From Bacteroidetes bacterium GWF2_38_335 (GTDB lineage Bacteria; Bacteroidota; Bacteroidia; Bacteroidales; GWF2-38-335), in contig MEOH01000005.1 of the NCBI GenBank assembly GCA_001769535.1, forward strand, positions 67,839 through 131,838: 64,000 nt of DNA, given 5' to 3'. Shown here piece by piece: positions 10,365 to 19,460 of this stretch. The translations under genes were made by a program, and so were the position numbers. The notes below the pieces were generated by a model. It ran no database searches. It was not told the DNA's origin and saw only the letters and a list, made by a program, of their open reading frames with translations. The first letter of the stretch is position 1. Each line of letters starts with the position of its first letter.

Positions 10365-10394
10365 AAAAAAACCGGAAAATTTTCCGGTTTTTTT
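10365..10394 (+). terminator. Intrinsic terminator after htpG
   Basis: AAAAAAACCGGAAA-AT-TTTCCGGTTTTTTT inverted repeat with T tract. Confidence 0.8.
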
Positions 10395-10686
10395 ATGTTT
10401 TGTGCAATTATCTCTTGACTTCGTCAATGCATCCTCGACTTGTTTTTTCACAGGGTTGCACCATGTTTCACCCTGTGGTATTACAAATCGGTCTTTCAGA
10501 CCTTAAAATCAGATGATGCAAGGGCAAAGCCCTGGGATTGTAATCGCATAGGGTGAAATAAAATGCAACCCTATGTGAAAAAAGCTATTGTAAAAAAGGG
10601 TTGCACGATATTCCATCCTCTTGTTTCGTTAGTGCGCCACCCAATTCTCAATTTATTTTTTTATGTTTTGTGCAATTATCTCTTGA
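10388..10686. repeat. REP-like palindromic element flanked by a perfect 31-bp direct repeat
   Basis: TTTTTTTATGTTTTGTGCAATTATCTCTTGA at 10388-10418 and 10656-10686; imperfect ~47-bp inverted arms at 10443-10489 and 10536-10583. Confidence 0.7.
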
Positions 10687-10716
10687 AATAAATTGGTCAG
10701 AAAATTTTCAAAAAGA

Positions 10717-11238
10717 TTAGTAAAATATTTTTACTTCTTTTTTGATAAAATCAATGGCTACCTGATTGGGAGCTTTATCCATTTCCATGATACTTTCAAG
10801 TATTTCCTTGCCCAGCTCGAGGGCAGGATCTTCGGGTTTAACGTTGTCGGCAGCGGAATTTATTATTTTTACAGTATTTTCCTTAGCACTTTTTACAACT
10901 TCCCATGCTTCGGCACTGATAAAAATCTGCTGCGACAAATTGTGTTCATACTCTGCCCTGATCAGATTGATCATTTCACTCTGAAGCTGCTTGGATTTCA
11001 TTCCCTGATGCTGAAGTTTTCTGATCAGTGAATCGGGAGCAATCCTTTCAAGAAAAAGGGTGATTCTTTCATAGGCCTGCAGCCTGATGGGAGTAATCAT
11101 TTTGCGGTTTGCCGCATGCATCTCAAATGACCTTTTTTCTCTTTCGTTTCCAATAAATTGCCTTATCAAAAGATAGGATGTGAGAAAAACTATTAGTGCC
11201 GGCAGAACGTATTTCAGTATTTCTAAAAATGTGTACAT
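10717..11238 (-). CDS. Hypothetical protein with N-terminal transmembrane helix
   Basis: 173-aa ORF; N-terminal TM; RLQAYERITLFLERI and EYEHNLSQQIFIS segments resemble a conserved Bacteroidota family. Confidence 0.75.
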   Translation of the reverse strand: MYTFLEILKYVLPALIVFLTSYLLIRQFIGNEREKRSFEMHAANRKMITPIRLQAYERITLFLERIAPDSLIRKLQHQGMKSKQLQSEMINLIRAEYEHNLSQQIFISAEAWEVVKSAKENTVKIINSAADNVKPEDPALELGKEILESIMEMDKAPNQVAIDFIKKEVKIFY

Positions 11239-11239
11239 G

Positions 11240-11321
11240 GTTATAAGTTATAAGTTATAAGTTATGGGTTATGGGTTATGGGTTATGGGTTATGGGTTAT
11301 GGGTTATGGGTTATGGGTTAT
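11240..11321. repeat. Heptamer tandem array (GTTATAA)x3 (GTTATGG)x8 GTTAT
   Basis: Read directly; fills the gap between the four-helix-bundle stop and the ATG (11238) of the next gene. Confidence 0.95.
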
Positions 11322-11686
11322 TTTGTGTGTAGTGTTTTTTTGGTTGTTATTATTGCACTTCTTAACATTTTAAGTAAAGATAGTGTTTCTGATTGTTAGC
11401 TGTCAAATAAATCTTTATTAATATATTCCGTTTCATATAAAAGTTCAAGCCAGTATGATGTTTCATCACATTCTTTTTGTGCAATACCTAATTTATGAAT
11501 GAAGTCTGGTTTACTCTCTGCATTCTGAGCTTCTCTTATCAAAGCTCCAATTGAAGTGCCGCTGCGGAGGATTTGCTTACTTAAAACAAATTCCCGTTTT
11601 TCTGTTGTTAAAAATTTATAGAGATTAATAATCCTGATTGCAAATGAAAAACTATTGTTTACTAAAAGTCCTTTTTTTTCACTCAT
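11318..11686 (-). pseudogene. Four-helix-bundle protein (23S rRNA IVS protein-like family) interrupted by an in-frame TAA
   Basis: SFSFAIRII, SKQILRSGTSIGA, EAQNAESKPDFIHKLGIAQKECDETSYWLELL. After TAA at 11396-11398 the same frame continues QSETLSLLKMLRSAIITTKKTLHTK to a TAA at 11318-11320. Confidence 0.8.
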
Positions 11687-11708
11687 AACTCATAACTTAT
11701 AACTCATA
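11681..11708. repeat. Heptamer tandem array ACTCATA/ACTTATA x4, inverted relative to the 11240-11321 array
   Basis: actcata actcata acttata actcata; contains the minus-strand ATG at 11686. Confidence 0.9.
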
Positions 11709-11792
11709 ATTAATAAAAATCTGTTTTACAATATTAGTTATTTTACCAATAATTAGTTAATTTTAAATCTTAAAAATTATAAAAAACGAATT

Positions 11793-12989
11793 ATGAATCA
11801 GAAAGTATCTTCCAGAATAGCTTCATTGGCTGTTTCTCAGACTCTCGCCATGGCGCAGAAAAGCCGTGAGCTTCAGGCACAGGGTATTGATGTGATTAAC
11901 CTTTCAGTAGGCGAACCTGATTTTCCAACTCCCGACCACATCAAGGAAGCAGCGAAAAAAGCAATCGATAATAATTTTTCATATTATTCTCCTGTTCCAG
12001 GTTATAAAGATCTCAGAGATGCCATTTCGGCAAAGTTTAAAAGAGAAAATAACCTTGATTTTACTCCGGAACAAATCGTGGTTTCATGTGGTGCAAAACA
12101 TTCCATAGCCAATGTACTTGCCTGTGTTGTTGATAAAGACGATGAAGTAATTATTCCGGCACCTTTCTGGGTCAGCTATATTGAAATGGTAAAACTGGCT
12201 GATGGTAAGTCAGTTATCATTGATGCCGGTATTGACCAGGATTTTAAAGTCACTCCGCAACAACTTGAAGCTGCAATTACTCCAAAAACAAGAGCTTTTC
12301 TGTTTTCATCACCATCAAATCCTACAGGAAGTCTTTATTCCCGCGAAGAATTAAAAGCTTTGGCAGATGTTTTTGCAAAACATGAAAATATTATCATCAT
12401 TTCAGACGAAATTTATGAACACATAAACTACGTTGGGAAACACGAAAGTATTGCCCAGTTTGAGAATTTGAAAGACAGGGTAGTGGTTGTCAACGGTGTT
12501 TCCAAAGGTTATGCCATGACAGGGTGGAGGATTGGCTACATCGGTGCGCCTCTTTGGATTTCAAAAGCCTGCGAAAAATTGCAGGGACAGGTTACTTCCG
12601 GAGTTTGTTCCATTGCCCAAAAAGCTTCGGTTGCTGCACTGAATGAATCTCTGGCTCCCACTCTTGAAATGAAAAAAGCTTTCCTGAGGAGAAGAAATCT
12701 TGTGCTAGAAAAAGCAAGACAGATCAAAGGGATGAAAGCCAACGAGCCTGGTGGTGCATTTTATGTGTTCCCGGATATCAGTTCGTTTTTTGGCAAATCT
12801 GATGGTTCCATGGTCATCAACAACTGTGATGACATGTCGCTTTATTTGCTTAAGGAAGCTTTTGTGGCCACTGTTGCCGGCTCTGCCTTTGGTGATAACA
12901 ACTGCATTCGTTTTTCCTATGCTACCAGCGATGAGATACTCGAAAAAGCTATGGACAGAATTAAAGCCGCGCTTGAGAAACTGAAGTGA
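11793..12989 (+). CDS. Class I/II PLP aminotransferase (aspartate aminotransferase-like)
   Basis: LSVGEPDF, SPSNPTG, ISDEIYE, NGVSKGYAMTGWRIG. Confidence 0.92.
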   Translation: MNQKVSSRIASLAVSQTLAMAQKSRELQAQGIDVINLSVGEPDFPTPDHIKEAAKKAIDNNFSYYSPVPGYKDLRDAISAKFKRENNLDFTPEQIVVSCGAKHSIANVLACVVDKDDEVIIPAPFWVSYIEMVKLADGKSVIIDAGIDQDFKVTPQQLEAAITPKTRAFLFSSPSNPTGSLYSREELKALADVFAKHENIIIISDEIYEHINYVGKHESIAQFENLKDRVVVVNGVSKGYAMTGWRIGYIGAPLWISKACEKLQGQVTSGVCSIAQKASVAALNESLAPTLEMKKAFLRRRNLVLEKARQIKGMKANEPGGAFYVFPDISSFFGKSDGSMVINNCDDMSLYLLKEAFVATVAGSAFGDNNCIRFSYATSDEILEKAMDRIKAALEKLK

Positions 12990-12997
12990 TTTATTGG

Positions 12998-13741
12998 TTA
13001 GTCTTCCATTTTAATTACTTCACCAATTCCTGAACTCCCGGCAACAATCACCTCGCCGGGGTTGCCTTTGTAATATATATTACCGCGGTCGTTGTATTCA
13101 ACAAAAAGCGACCCGGTTGTGTTTACAAAAATATCTCCGGTGGAGTAATTTACCAGATGTGAATACTCAGTCTGTAAGTCGCTTTGATAAATAAATGAGG
13201 TGCCATGCGAATATACATAGCTTGATCTGGACTTACCCCTGAATGTGAATTTTCCGGTTCCGGCGTTAATTTTAAGTATGCAATGGTTGGTTTTTAGCTT
13301 TAAATCTGTTTTAGTGATTTCTCCGTAAACCATCAGGAAAAATGTGTCGGTTTCAAGTGTGTCTTCACAATAAAGGTCTGATTCCCCGTTGAGTATAATT
13401 TTCTTTATTTCGGGTGAGTAAATCTCCAATGTTATGTCTTTTTTGTAAGTACGCAGCCAGTTGCATACATTCTGGTTTTTAATGACAAGAGTATGACCGT
13501 CAGACTGGCAGTCGATGCCTTTAATAACGTTTTCACCACCACGGATTACAATTTTGTGGTCATCGGAATGGTAAAACCTGACTACAAAAAGATCATTGAC
13601 TTCAATGGTGTCAAACGAATTAAGATCCTGACTTAAATAAGATTCATTTCCCCATGACATAAAGCATGATGTGTCTTCATCGTGGCTGCATGATACACAA
13701 ATTAATATTAATAGAAAAGGGAAAAAGCGTTTCATCGTCAT
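12998..13741 (-). CDS. DUF2807 / head-GIN-domain lipoprotein
   Basis: Lipobox ...ICVSC; repetitive beta-solenoid-like segments; C-terminal GNIYYKGNP. Confidence 0.7.
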   Translation of the reverse strand: MTMKRFFPFLLILICVSCSHDEDTSCFMSWGNESYLSQDLNSFDTIEVNDLFVVRFYHSDDHKIVIRGGENVIKGIDCQSDGHTLVIKNQNVCNWLRTYKKDITLEIYSPEIKKIILNGESDLYCEDTLETDTFFLMVYGEITKTDLKLKTNHCILKINAGTGKFTFRGKSRSSYVYSHGTSFIYQSDLQTEYSHLVNYSTGDIFVNTTGSLFVEYNDRGNIYYKGNPGEVIVAGSSGIGEVIKMED

Positions 13742-13775
13742 GCTTTTTTATTACAAAATAAGCAAAAAATATTCA

Positions 13776-13783
13776 TACATTTG
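13776..13783 (+). promoter_or_regulatory. Bacteroidota primary-sigma -7 element
   Basis: TACATTTG 25 nt upstream of the MBOAT start. Confidence 0.5.
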
Positions 13784-13808
13784 GCAGTGATTTGTAATAA
13801 AGAACTAT

Positions 13809-15233
13809 ATGCAGTTTAACTCCTTTGCATTCCTGTACTTTGTTATTGTGGTTTTTACCTTGTATTGGTCTTTTGCAAGAAAAGTAAAAGTTCAAAATGT
13901 AATTCTTTTGGCAGCCAGCTATGTTTTTTATGGTTGGTGGGACTGGCGATTTCTGTTTCTGATTTTTGCAAGTTCAATGATTGACTTCATTCTTGCTGCT
14001 AAAATATTTTCTGCTCAATCAAAACCAAAAAGGAAACTTTTTCTCACATTGAGCCTGACTTTAAATCTTGGTTTACTGTTTTTTTATAAGTATTTTGATT
14101 TTTTTGCCGCCTCATTTATAGAGCTTTGCAATACTTTTGGCTACCATCCGGATGCGTTTACCACAAATGTGATCTTGCCGGTGGGAATCAGTTTTTATAC
14201 TTTCCAAACGCTGAGTTACACCATTGATATTTATTATAAAAACCTGGAGCCAACACGAAACATTGTTTCATTTTTTGCCTATGTTTCATTTTTCCCCCAA
14301 CTGGTTGCCGGACCAATTGAAAGAGCAAAAAACCTGTTGCCCCAGTTTTTTGCTGCCCGTTTTTTTGATAAAAAGACCGCTTCAGCAGGTCTGAGGTTAA
14401 TTTTATATGGATTGTTCAAAAAAATTGTCATTGCCGATAATCTTGCCGCTACGGTCGAGAGTGTATACAGTTCACCTGAAGGCGCAGGTAGTATCAGTAT
14501 TATTATCGCCACAATTTTCTTCGGGATACAAATTTATTGCGATTTTTCAGGTTATTCTGATATTGCAATTGGAACAGCACGACTATTTGGTTTTGAACTG
14601 ATGAAGAATTTTAAAACACCTTATTTGTCTTTTTCTTTTTCTGAATTCTGGAGAAGATGGCATATTTCCCTTTCTACCTGGTTCAGAGATTATCTGTATA
14701 TTCCGCTTGGAGGAAATAAAAATGGCGTTTCGAAACACATCAGAAATCTGGTTATCACCTTTGTGGTCAGTGGATTGTGGCATGGTGCAAGCTGGACATT
14801 TGTTGCATGGGGTTTCTTGCATGCTGCTTTTCTCTCGGTTGAAACGCTATTGAAAATCAGGACACCGCAAGCAAAATCTTTTGTAAATTATATTTACGCA
14901 GCATTTGTGTTTTTAGCTGTAATGTTTTTATGGATTTTTTTCAGGGCATCAAGTATCGGAAATGCATTCCTTATTATTGATCAGTTAAATAATTTTCAGA
15001 TAGGTTTTAACACCGCATTTGTTTTTCCTCTTTCTCTGGATTACACTGTTTTGCTATTGGTGCTTGGAGGATTTATTATTATTGATGTTTTGATTGGTAA
15101 GGACGATTTCAGCATCCTTGCAGGTTCAATTCCGAAAGTGTTCAGATGGATACTGTATTATGTGCTGCTTTTTGCAATAATATTTTTTGGCAGATATGAT
15201 GCAGCACCGGAGTTTATATATTTTCAGTTTTAA
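13809..15233 (+). CDS. MBOAT O-acyltransferase (AlgI/PatA/DltB-like)
   Basis: LPVGISFYTFQ, FFPQLVAGPIER, YCDFSGYSDIAIG, FWRRWHISLS, SGLWHGA, terminal FIYFQF. Confidence 0.93.
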   Translation: MQFNSFAFLYFVIVVFTLYWSFARKVKVQNVILLAASYVFYGWWDWRFLFLIFASSMIDFILAAKIFSAQSKPKRKLFLTLSLTLNLGLLFFYKYFDFFAASFIELCNTFGYHPDAFTTNVILPVGISFYTFQTLSYTIDIYYKNLEPTRNIVSFFAYVSFFPQLVAGPIERAKNLLPQFFAARFFDKKTASAGLRLILYGLFKKIVIADNLAATVESVYSSPEGAGSISIIIATIFFGIQIYCDFSGYSDIAIGTARLFGFELMKNFKTPYLSFSFSEFWRRWHISLSTWFRDYLYIPLGGNKNGVSKHIRNLVITFVVSGLWHGASWTFVAWGFLHAAFLSVETLLKIRTPQAKSFVNYIYAAFVFLAVMFLWIFFRASSIGNAFLIIDQLNNFQIGFNTAFVFPLSLDYTVLLLVLGGFIIIDVLIGKDDFSILAGSIPKVFRWILYYVLLFAIIFFGRYDAAPEFIYFQF

Positions 15234-15241
15234 TATTTGAA

Positions 15242-16189
15242 ATGAAAGGATTATTTTTAAAACTCATATTGTTTTTTGCCGGCTTCGCAGTCCTTGTGGC
15301 CGCTTTGTTTAGTATTTCACCTGATGTCCGGTTCAGATATAATTTCATTAAAGGAGATTGTGATGCTCAGGGTTCATGGATTTATGAGACTATGCGGGGC
15401 AATGATAAGCCCGGAATTGTGTTTTTAGGCAGCTCGCATACCTTGAATGCTGTGAACGAAAAAATCATCATGGATGAACTGAAAAAAACAGGGACTGATA
15501 CTGTTTCTGTGGCAAATTTTGGATATTGCCGTTATGGAAGAAACCTGCAATACGTTTTGCTTAAAGATCTCATAAAAAGCAACAAGCCAAAAATGGTGAT
15601 TTTTGAAGTTACCAGTGAAGAGCCGGCATCAAGTCACCCGGTGTTTGGATATCTGGCTGAACCCGTGGATGTTTTTTCGGCGCCATTATTATTGAATTTC
15701 GATTATTTCAGGGATATATATTACTCTTTTATTATGCAGACCAGCTATATTAAAAGTATTTCGGGGATGCAAAACTATGATTTTGAAAAAGTGCGAAGAA
15801 AATCAGGCTATCACTGGGCTAATAAAGTAATTCCAAAAAATGAGCTGGTAAAATCCGGAAGGAAAAGGAGACAAAAATTTGATGGCAAATCACAGGATTT
15901 TTTTACCCGATTAGAAAAAAAACTGCCCGATTTTTATCTTGAAAAAGTAATTTCCGTTTGCAGGGAAAACAACATCAGGATAATTTTTCTATACCTTCCT
16001 TCATACGGCTTACAGGATATTTTGCCTGTCGATTATGAATTTTATAATAAAAATGGCTTATTCTGGAATCCTCCTAGCGAAATTTTTAATAACTTTGATA
16101 ACTGGGCCGATGACAGTCACCTGAATGTTTCGGGAGCCGGGAAAATTTCAGTTTGGTTGTCTGAAAAAATTGCAGAAATTATCAAATAA
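15242..16189 (+). CDS. SGNH-like periplasmic acyltransferase partner of the MBOAT
   Basis: N-terminal anchor; IVFLGSSH (block I Ser); C-terminal DDSHLN (DxxH); 8 nt downstream of the MBOAT. Confidence 0.7.
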   Translation: MKGLFLKLILFFAGFAVLVAALFSISPDVRFRYNFIKGDCDAQGSWIYETMRGNDKPGIVFLGSSHTLNAVNEKIIMDELKKTGTDTVSVANFGYCRYGRNLQYVLLKDLIKSNKPKMVIFEVTSEEPASSHPVFGYLAEPVDVFSAPLLLNFDYFRDIYYSFIMQTSYIKSISGMQNYDFEKVRRKSGYHWANKVIPKNELVKSGRKRRQKFDGKSQDFFTRLEKKLPDFYLEKVISVCRENNIRIIFLYLPSYGLQDILPVDYEFYNKNGLFWNPPSEIFNNFDNWADDSHLNVSGAGKISVWLSEKIAEIIK

Positions 16190-16235
16190 TCAGGCGATTC
16201 AAAGGTTTTCAAATTAAAACTAAAAAACAGTTTTT

Positions 16236-17285
16236 GTGAGCAGAAAAAAGAAAATTTTTATTGGAATAGCAATTTTTTTTGTTGTTGCAGTTTCCGTTGG
16301 CGGATATTTTGGTTACGGATATTATAAGATGATTTTTGATGAAAACGTAAACCACCAGGGAAAGGAAACATATATCTATATTGCCACCGGCTCAGAATAT
16401 GATGATGTGCTTGAAATGCTCAAAGAAAAGAATATAATTATGGATGCGGAGTCCTTCGATTGGGTTGCCCGACAAATGAATTATGACAAAATGGTAAAAC
16501 CCGGAAGGTATTTGATTTCAGGAGAAATAAGCTCAAATAAAGATCTGGTCGCGCTTTTAAGAAGCGGAAAACAATCGCCTGTAAAAGTGAAAATCAACAA
16601 TATCAGAAATTTTACCCAGCTTGCCGGCAAGGTTTCAGGATACATTGAGGCCGATTCTCTGGAGTTGTTCAATATTCTCATTAGCCCCGAAATCACTGAA
16701 AAATATGGTTTTACAAGGGAAACATTCCTGACCATGTTCATCCCGGATACCTATGAGTTTTACTGGAATACCTCTGCCGAGCAATTCATTGAAAGAATGG
16801 CAGAGGAATATAAAAATTTCTGGACACAGACCAGAAAAGCAAAAGCCGCCGAACTTGGTTTTTCACAGTCGCAGGTTTCTACTCTCGCCTCTATTGTTCA
16901 GGAGGAGCAGAATAAGTTTTCGGGTGAAAGGCCGATTATTGCCGGACTCTATATCAACCGCATCAGACAGGGAATGCCTTTGCAGGCAGATCCTACCTTG
17001 AAATTTGCATGGAATGATTTCAGTATTAAAAGAGTATTGGACAGACATAAGGAAATCAATTCGCCTTATAATACCTATAAAAATGCCGGTTTGCCTCCTG
17101 GTCCGATTTGCCTTCCCGAAGTTTCTTCAATTGATGCCGTGCTTAATTATGAGCAGCATGACTATATATATATGTGTGCAAAAGAAGATTTCAGCGGATA
17201 CCATAATTTTGCAAAAACCTATCAGCAGCATTTGATAAATGCAAGAAAATATCAGGAGGAACTCAATCGCAGAGGAATTAAATGA
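16236..17285 (+). CDS. mltG: Endolytic transglycosylase MltG
   Basis: N-terminal TM; LASIVQEE, GMPLQADPT, SPYNTYKNAGLPPGPI; GTG start. Confidence 0.93.
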   Translation: MSRKKKIFIGIAIFFVVAVSVGGYFGYGYYKMIFDENVNHQGKETYIYIATGSEYDDVLEMLKEKNIIMDAESFDWVARQMNYDKMVKPGRYLISGEISSNKDLVALLRSGKQSPVKVKINNIRNFTQLAGKVSGYIEADSLELFNILISPEITEKYGFTRETFLTMFIPDTYEFYWNTSAEQFIERMAEEYKNFWTQTRKAKAAELGFSQSQVSTLASIVQEEQNKFSGERPIIAGLYINRIRQGMPLQADPTLKFAWNDFSIKRVLDRHKEINSPYNTYKNAGLPPGPICLPEVSSIDAVLNYEQHDYIYMCAKEDFSGYHNFAKTYQQHLINARKYQEELNRRGIK

Positions 17286-17348
17286 AAATTGAAATAGGAT
17301 TTGTTTATTTGATTATAACTTTAACTTTACAAACTTATTAACTAAACC

Positions 17349-18761
17349 ATGACAAAAATAAAATTTGGGACAGACGGATGGAGAGCAGTAATTGCTCAGG
17401 ATTTTACGGTAGATAATGTGGCGCGTGTTAGTATTGCAACTGGCAAATGGCTGCTGGGAAAGGAAAGAAACCCCGTTGTGGTGGTTGGGCATGACTGTCG
17501 TTTTGGAGGTAAACTTTTTGCCGAAACCGTTGCAAAAGTGCTGGCATCCATGAAAATAAAAGTCCTGTTGGCCGAAGGATTTGTTTCCACACCAATGATT
17601 TCACTGGGTATAGTCAAACACAGTGCGCATCTGGGAGTTGTGATAACTGCTTCACACAATCCCCCCGGTGATAACGGATATAAGCTGAAAGGCAGCTATG
17701 GCGGTCCGCTCATGGAATCAGATACCCGCGACATCGAAAATATGATTCCCGATGAAATAGATTTGTTCCTTGATGGAATGAAAATTGATGAACTGGTGAA
17801 AAAGGGACTTATTCAAATTGTTGATCTTGAAACAACATATATTGAGCATTTAAAATCGCATTTTGATATTAAAGCCATCAGCAATTCAGGTTTTGGTTTT
17901 GCTTTTGATGCCATGTTTGGGGCCGGACAAAATGTTTTTAAAAGGATTATGCCCGAAATACATATGCTCCACTGTACTTTAAACCCGCTTTTCAACAACA
18001 TTCCGCCTGAACCGTTGCACCGAAATCTTGGTGAGTTTTCCCAATACATTAAAGATCATAAGGATATTCACTGCGGATTGGCAGTTGATGGTGATGCCGA
18101 TCGCATTGCCATGTATGACGAAGATGGAAAGTACATTGATTCACACCATATTATACTTTTATTGATACATTATCTGAAAAAATATAAAAATATTGACGGC
18201 AAGGTTGTTACCGGCTTTTCATCCACAGTAAAAGTTGAAAAACTGGCAGAAACTTATGGATTGAAAGTACTGCGGGTTAGAATTGGCTTCAAGGATATCT
18301 GCAAAGTGATGCTTACAGATGATGTTTTGGTTGGTGGCGAAGAATCAGGCGGAATTTCAATAAAAGGTCATATACCCGAGCGTGATGGAATCTGGATGGG
18401 GCTGACGCTTTGGCAGTTTATGGTGGAATCAGGAAAGACAATCAAACAGATTATTAAGGAAATATATGATATTACCGGAGAATTTGCTTTTGAAAGATCA
18501 GATCTGAGAATTGATCCCGAACTTAAAAAGAATATTGTCCAGAATTGTAATTCCGGGACTTACAAAGCTTTTGGAAAATACCAGGTGCAGCGGGTTGAAA
18601 ATCTCGATGGGTATAAATATTTCTTCAGTGAGAACCGCTGGCTGATGATCAGACCATCAGGAACCGAGCCTGTGCTAAGGACATATGCCGAAGCCGAAGA
18701 CACTGAAACAGCAAAGGATATATTGGCCGAGGGATACAAAACCATTGTAACGGAAAAATAA
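17349..18761 (+). CDS. Phosphoglucomutase/phosphomannomutase family protein
   Basis: FGTDGWR, ITASHNP, DGDADR, GGEESGG, RPSGTEP. Confidence 0.93.
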   Translation: MTKIKFGTDGWRAVIAQDFTVDNVARVSIATGKWLLGKERNPVVVVGHDCRFGGKLFAETVAKVLASMKIKVLLAEGFVSTPMISLGIVKHSAHLGVVITASHNPPGDNGYKLKGSYGGPLMESDTRDIENMIPDEIDLFLDGMKIDELVKKGLIQIVDLETTYIEHLKSHFDIKAISNSGFGFAFDAMFGAGQNVFKRIMPEIHMLHCTLNPLFNNIPPEPLHRNLGEFSQYIKDHKDIHCGLAVDGDADRIAMYDEDGKYIDSHHIILLLIHYLKKYKNIDGKVVTGFSSTVKVEKLAETYGLKVLRVRIGFKDICKVMLTDDVLVGGEESGGISIKGHIPERDGIWMGLTLWQFMVESGKTIKQIIKEIYDITGEFAFERSDLRIDPELKKNIVQNCNSGTYKAFGKYQVQRVENLDGYKYFFSENRWLMIRPSGTEPVLRTYAEAEDTETAKDILAEGYKTIVTEK

Positions 18762-18780
18762 CTTTATTCATCTTAATAAA

Positions 18781-18805
18781 GCAACTTAATAACCAATCTG
18801 TCGTC
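18781..18805 (+). promoter_or_regulatory. Putative ECF promoter 1 (upstream of the ECF gene itself)
   Basis: GCAAC-ttaataaccaatctgt-CGTC, 16-nt spacer. Confidence 0.7.
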
Positions 18806-18827
18806 ATAAGATAGAATAAAAAAGTTT

Positions 18828-19403
18828 ATGGAGTTTTCAGAAAGACCTGAATTAATTCAAATTGTACACGGCTGCGTAAAAGACGACCGTAAGTGTCAGC
18901 AAAAACTGCATGAGCTTTATTATGGAAAAATGTTGTCGGTTTGCTATCGTTATGCAAGTGATATGGATGAGGCAAAGGATATTTTGCAGGATGGCTTTAT
19001 CAAGGTTTTTCAGCGATTAAAATCATACGAATTCAAAGGCTCCCTCGAAGGATGGATCAGAAGAATCATGGTAAACAATGCCATTGACTTTGTGCGAAAG
19101 AAAAAAGAGCTGGTTTTTTCGCTTGATGACGATCACAGGATAGACAATTTAAAAGAAGACAGTGAAGAAGATTTTGAGGCAGAAAATTATTCCAGGTTAA
19201 AAGCTGAAGTAATTATGAATCTTCTGCAAAAACTTTCTCCGGCATATAAAATGGTATTTAATATGTACGTACTCGAAAATTATTCTCATAAGGAAATTGC
19301 AGATGAACTGGGCATTAGCATTGGAACATCAAAGTCCAATCTTGCCAAAGCAAAATTCAGGTTAAAGGAACTTTTTGACGAATATCAACATGGGAAATTT
19401 TAA
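18828..19403 (+). CDS. ECF RNA polymerase sigma factor
   Basis: Region 2 (EAKDILQDGFIKVF, GWIRRIMVNNAID) and region 4 (LSPAYKMVFNMY, YSHKEIADELGISIGTSKSNL). Confidence 0.95.
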   Translation: MEFSERPELIQIVHGCVKDDRKCQQKLHELYYGKMLSVCYRYASDMDEAKDILQDGFIKVFQRLKSYEFKGSLEGWIRRIMVNNAIDFVRKKKELVFSLDDDHRIDNLKEDSEEDFEAENYSRLKAEVIMNLLQKLSPAYKMVFNMYVLENYSHKEIADELGISIGTSKSNLAKAKFRLKELFDEYQHGKF

Positions 19404-19409
19404 TTTCAG

Positions 19410-19434
19410 GCAACTATTTTAAAAACCTTACGTC
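19410..19434 (+). promoter_or_regulatory. Putative ECF promoter 2
   Basis: GCAAC-tattttaaaaacctta-CGTC, 16-nt spacer. Confidence 0.7.
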
Positions 19435-19460
19435 TGTTTTATAGATTAAAGAATAAAAAA

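Noticed and set aside
11240-11321. Tandem array as a CRISPR array
   Set aside because: 7-bp units with no spacers, and no cas genes in the window
11318-11686. Four-helix-bundle gene as DGR Avd or a true 23S rRNA IVS
   Set aside because: No reverse transcriptase and no rRNA sequence nearby; both neighbours are protein-coding genes
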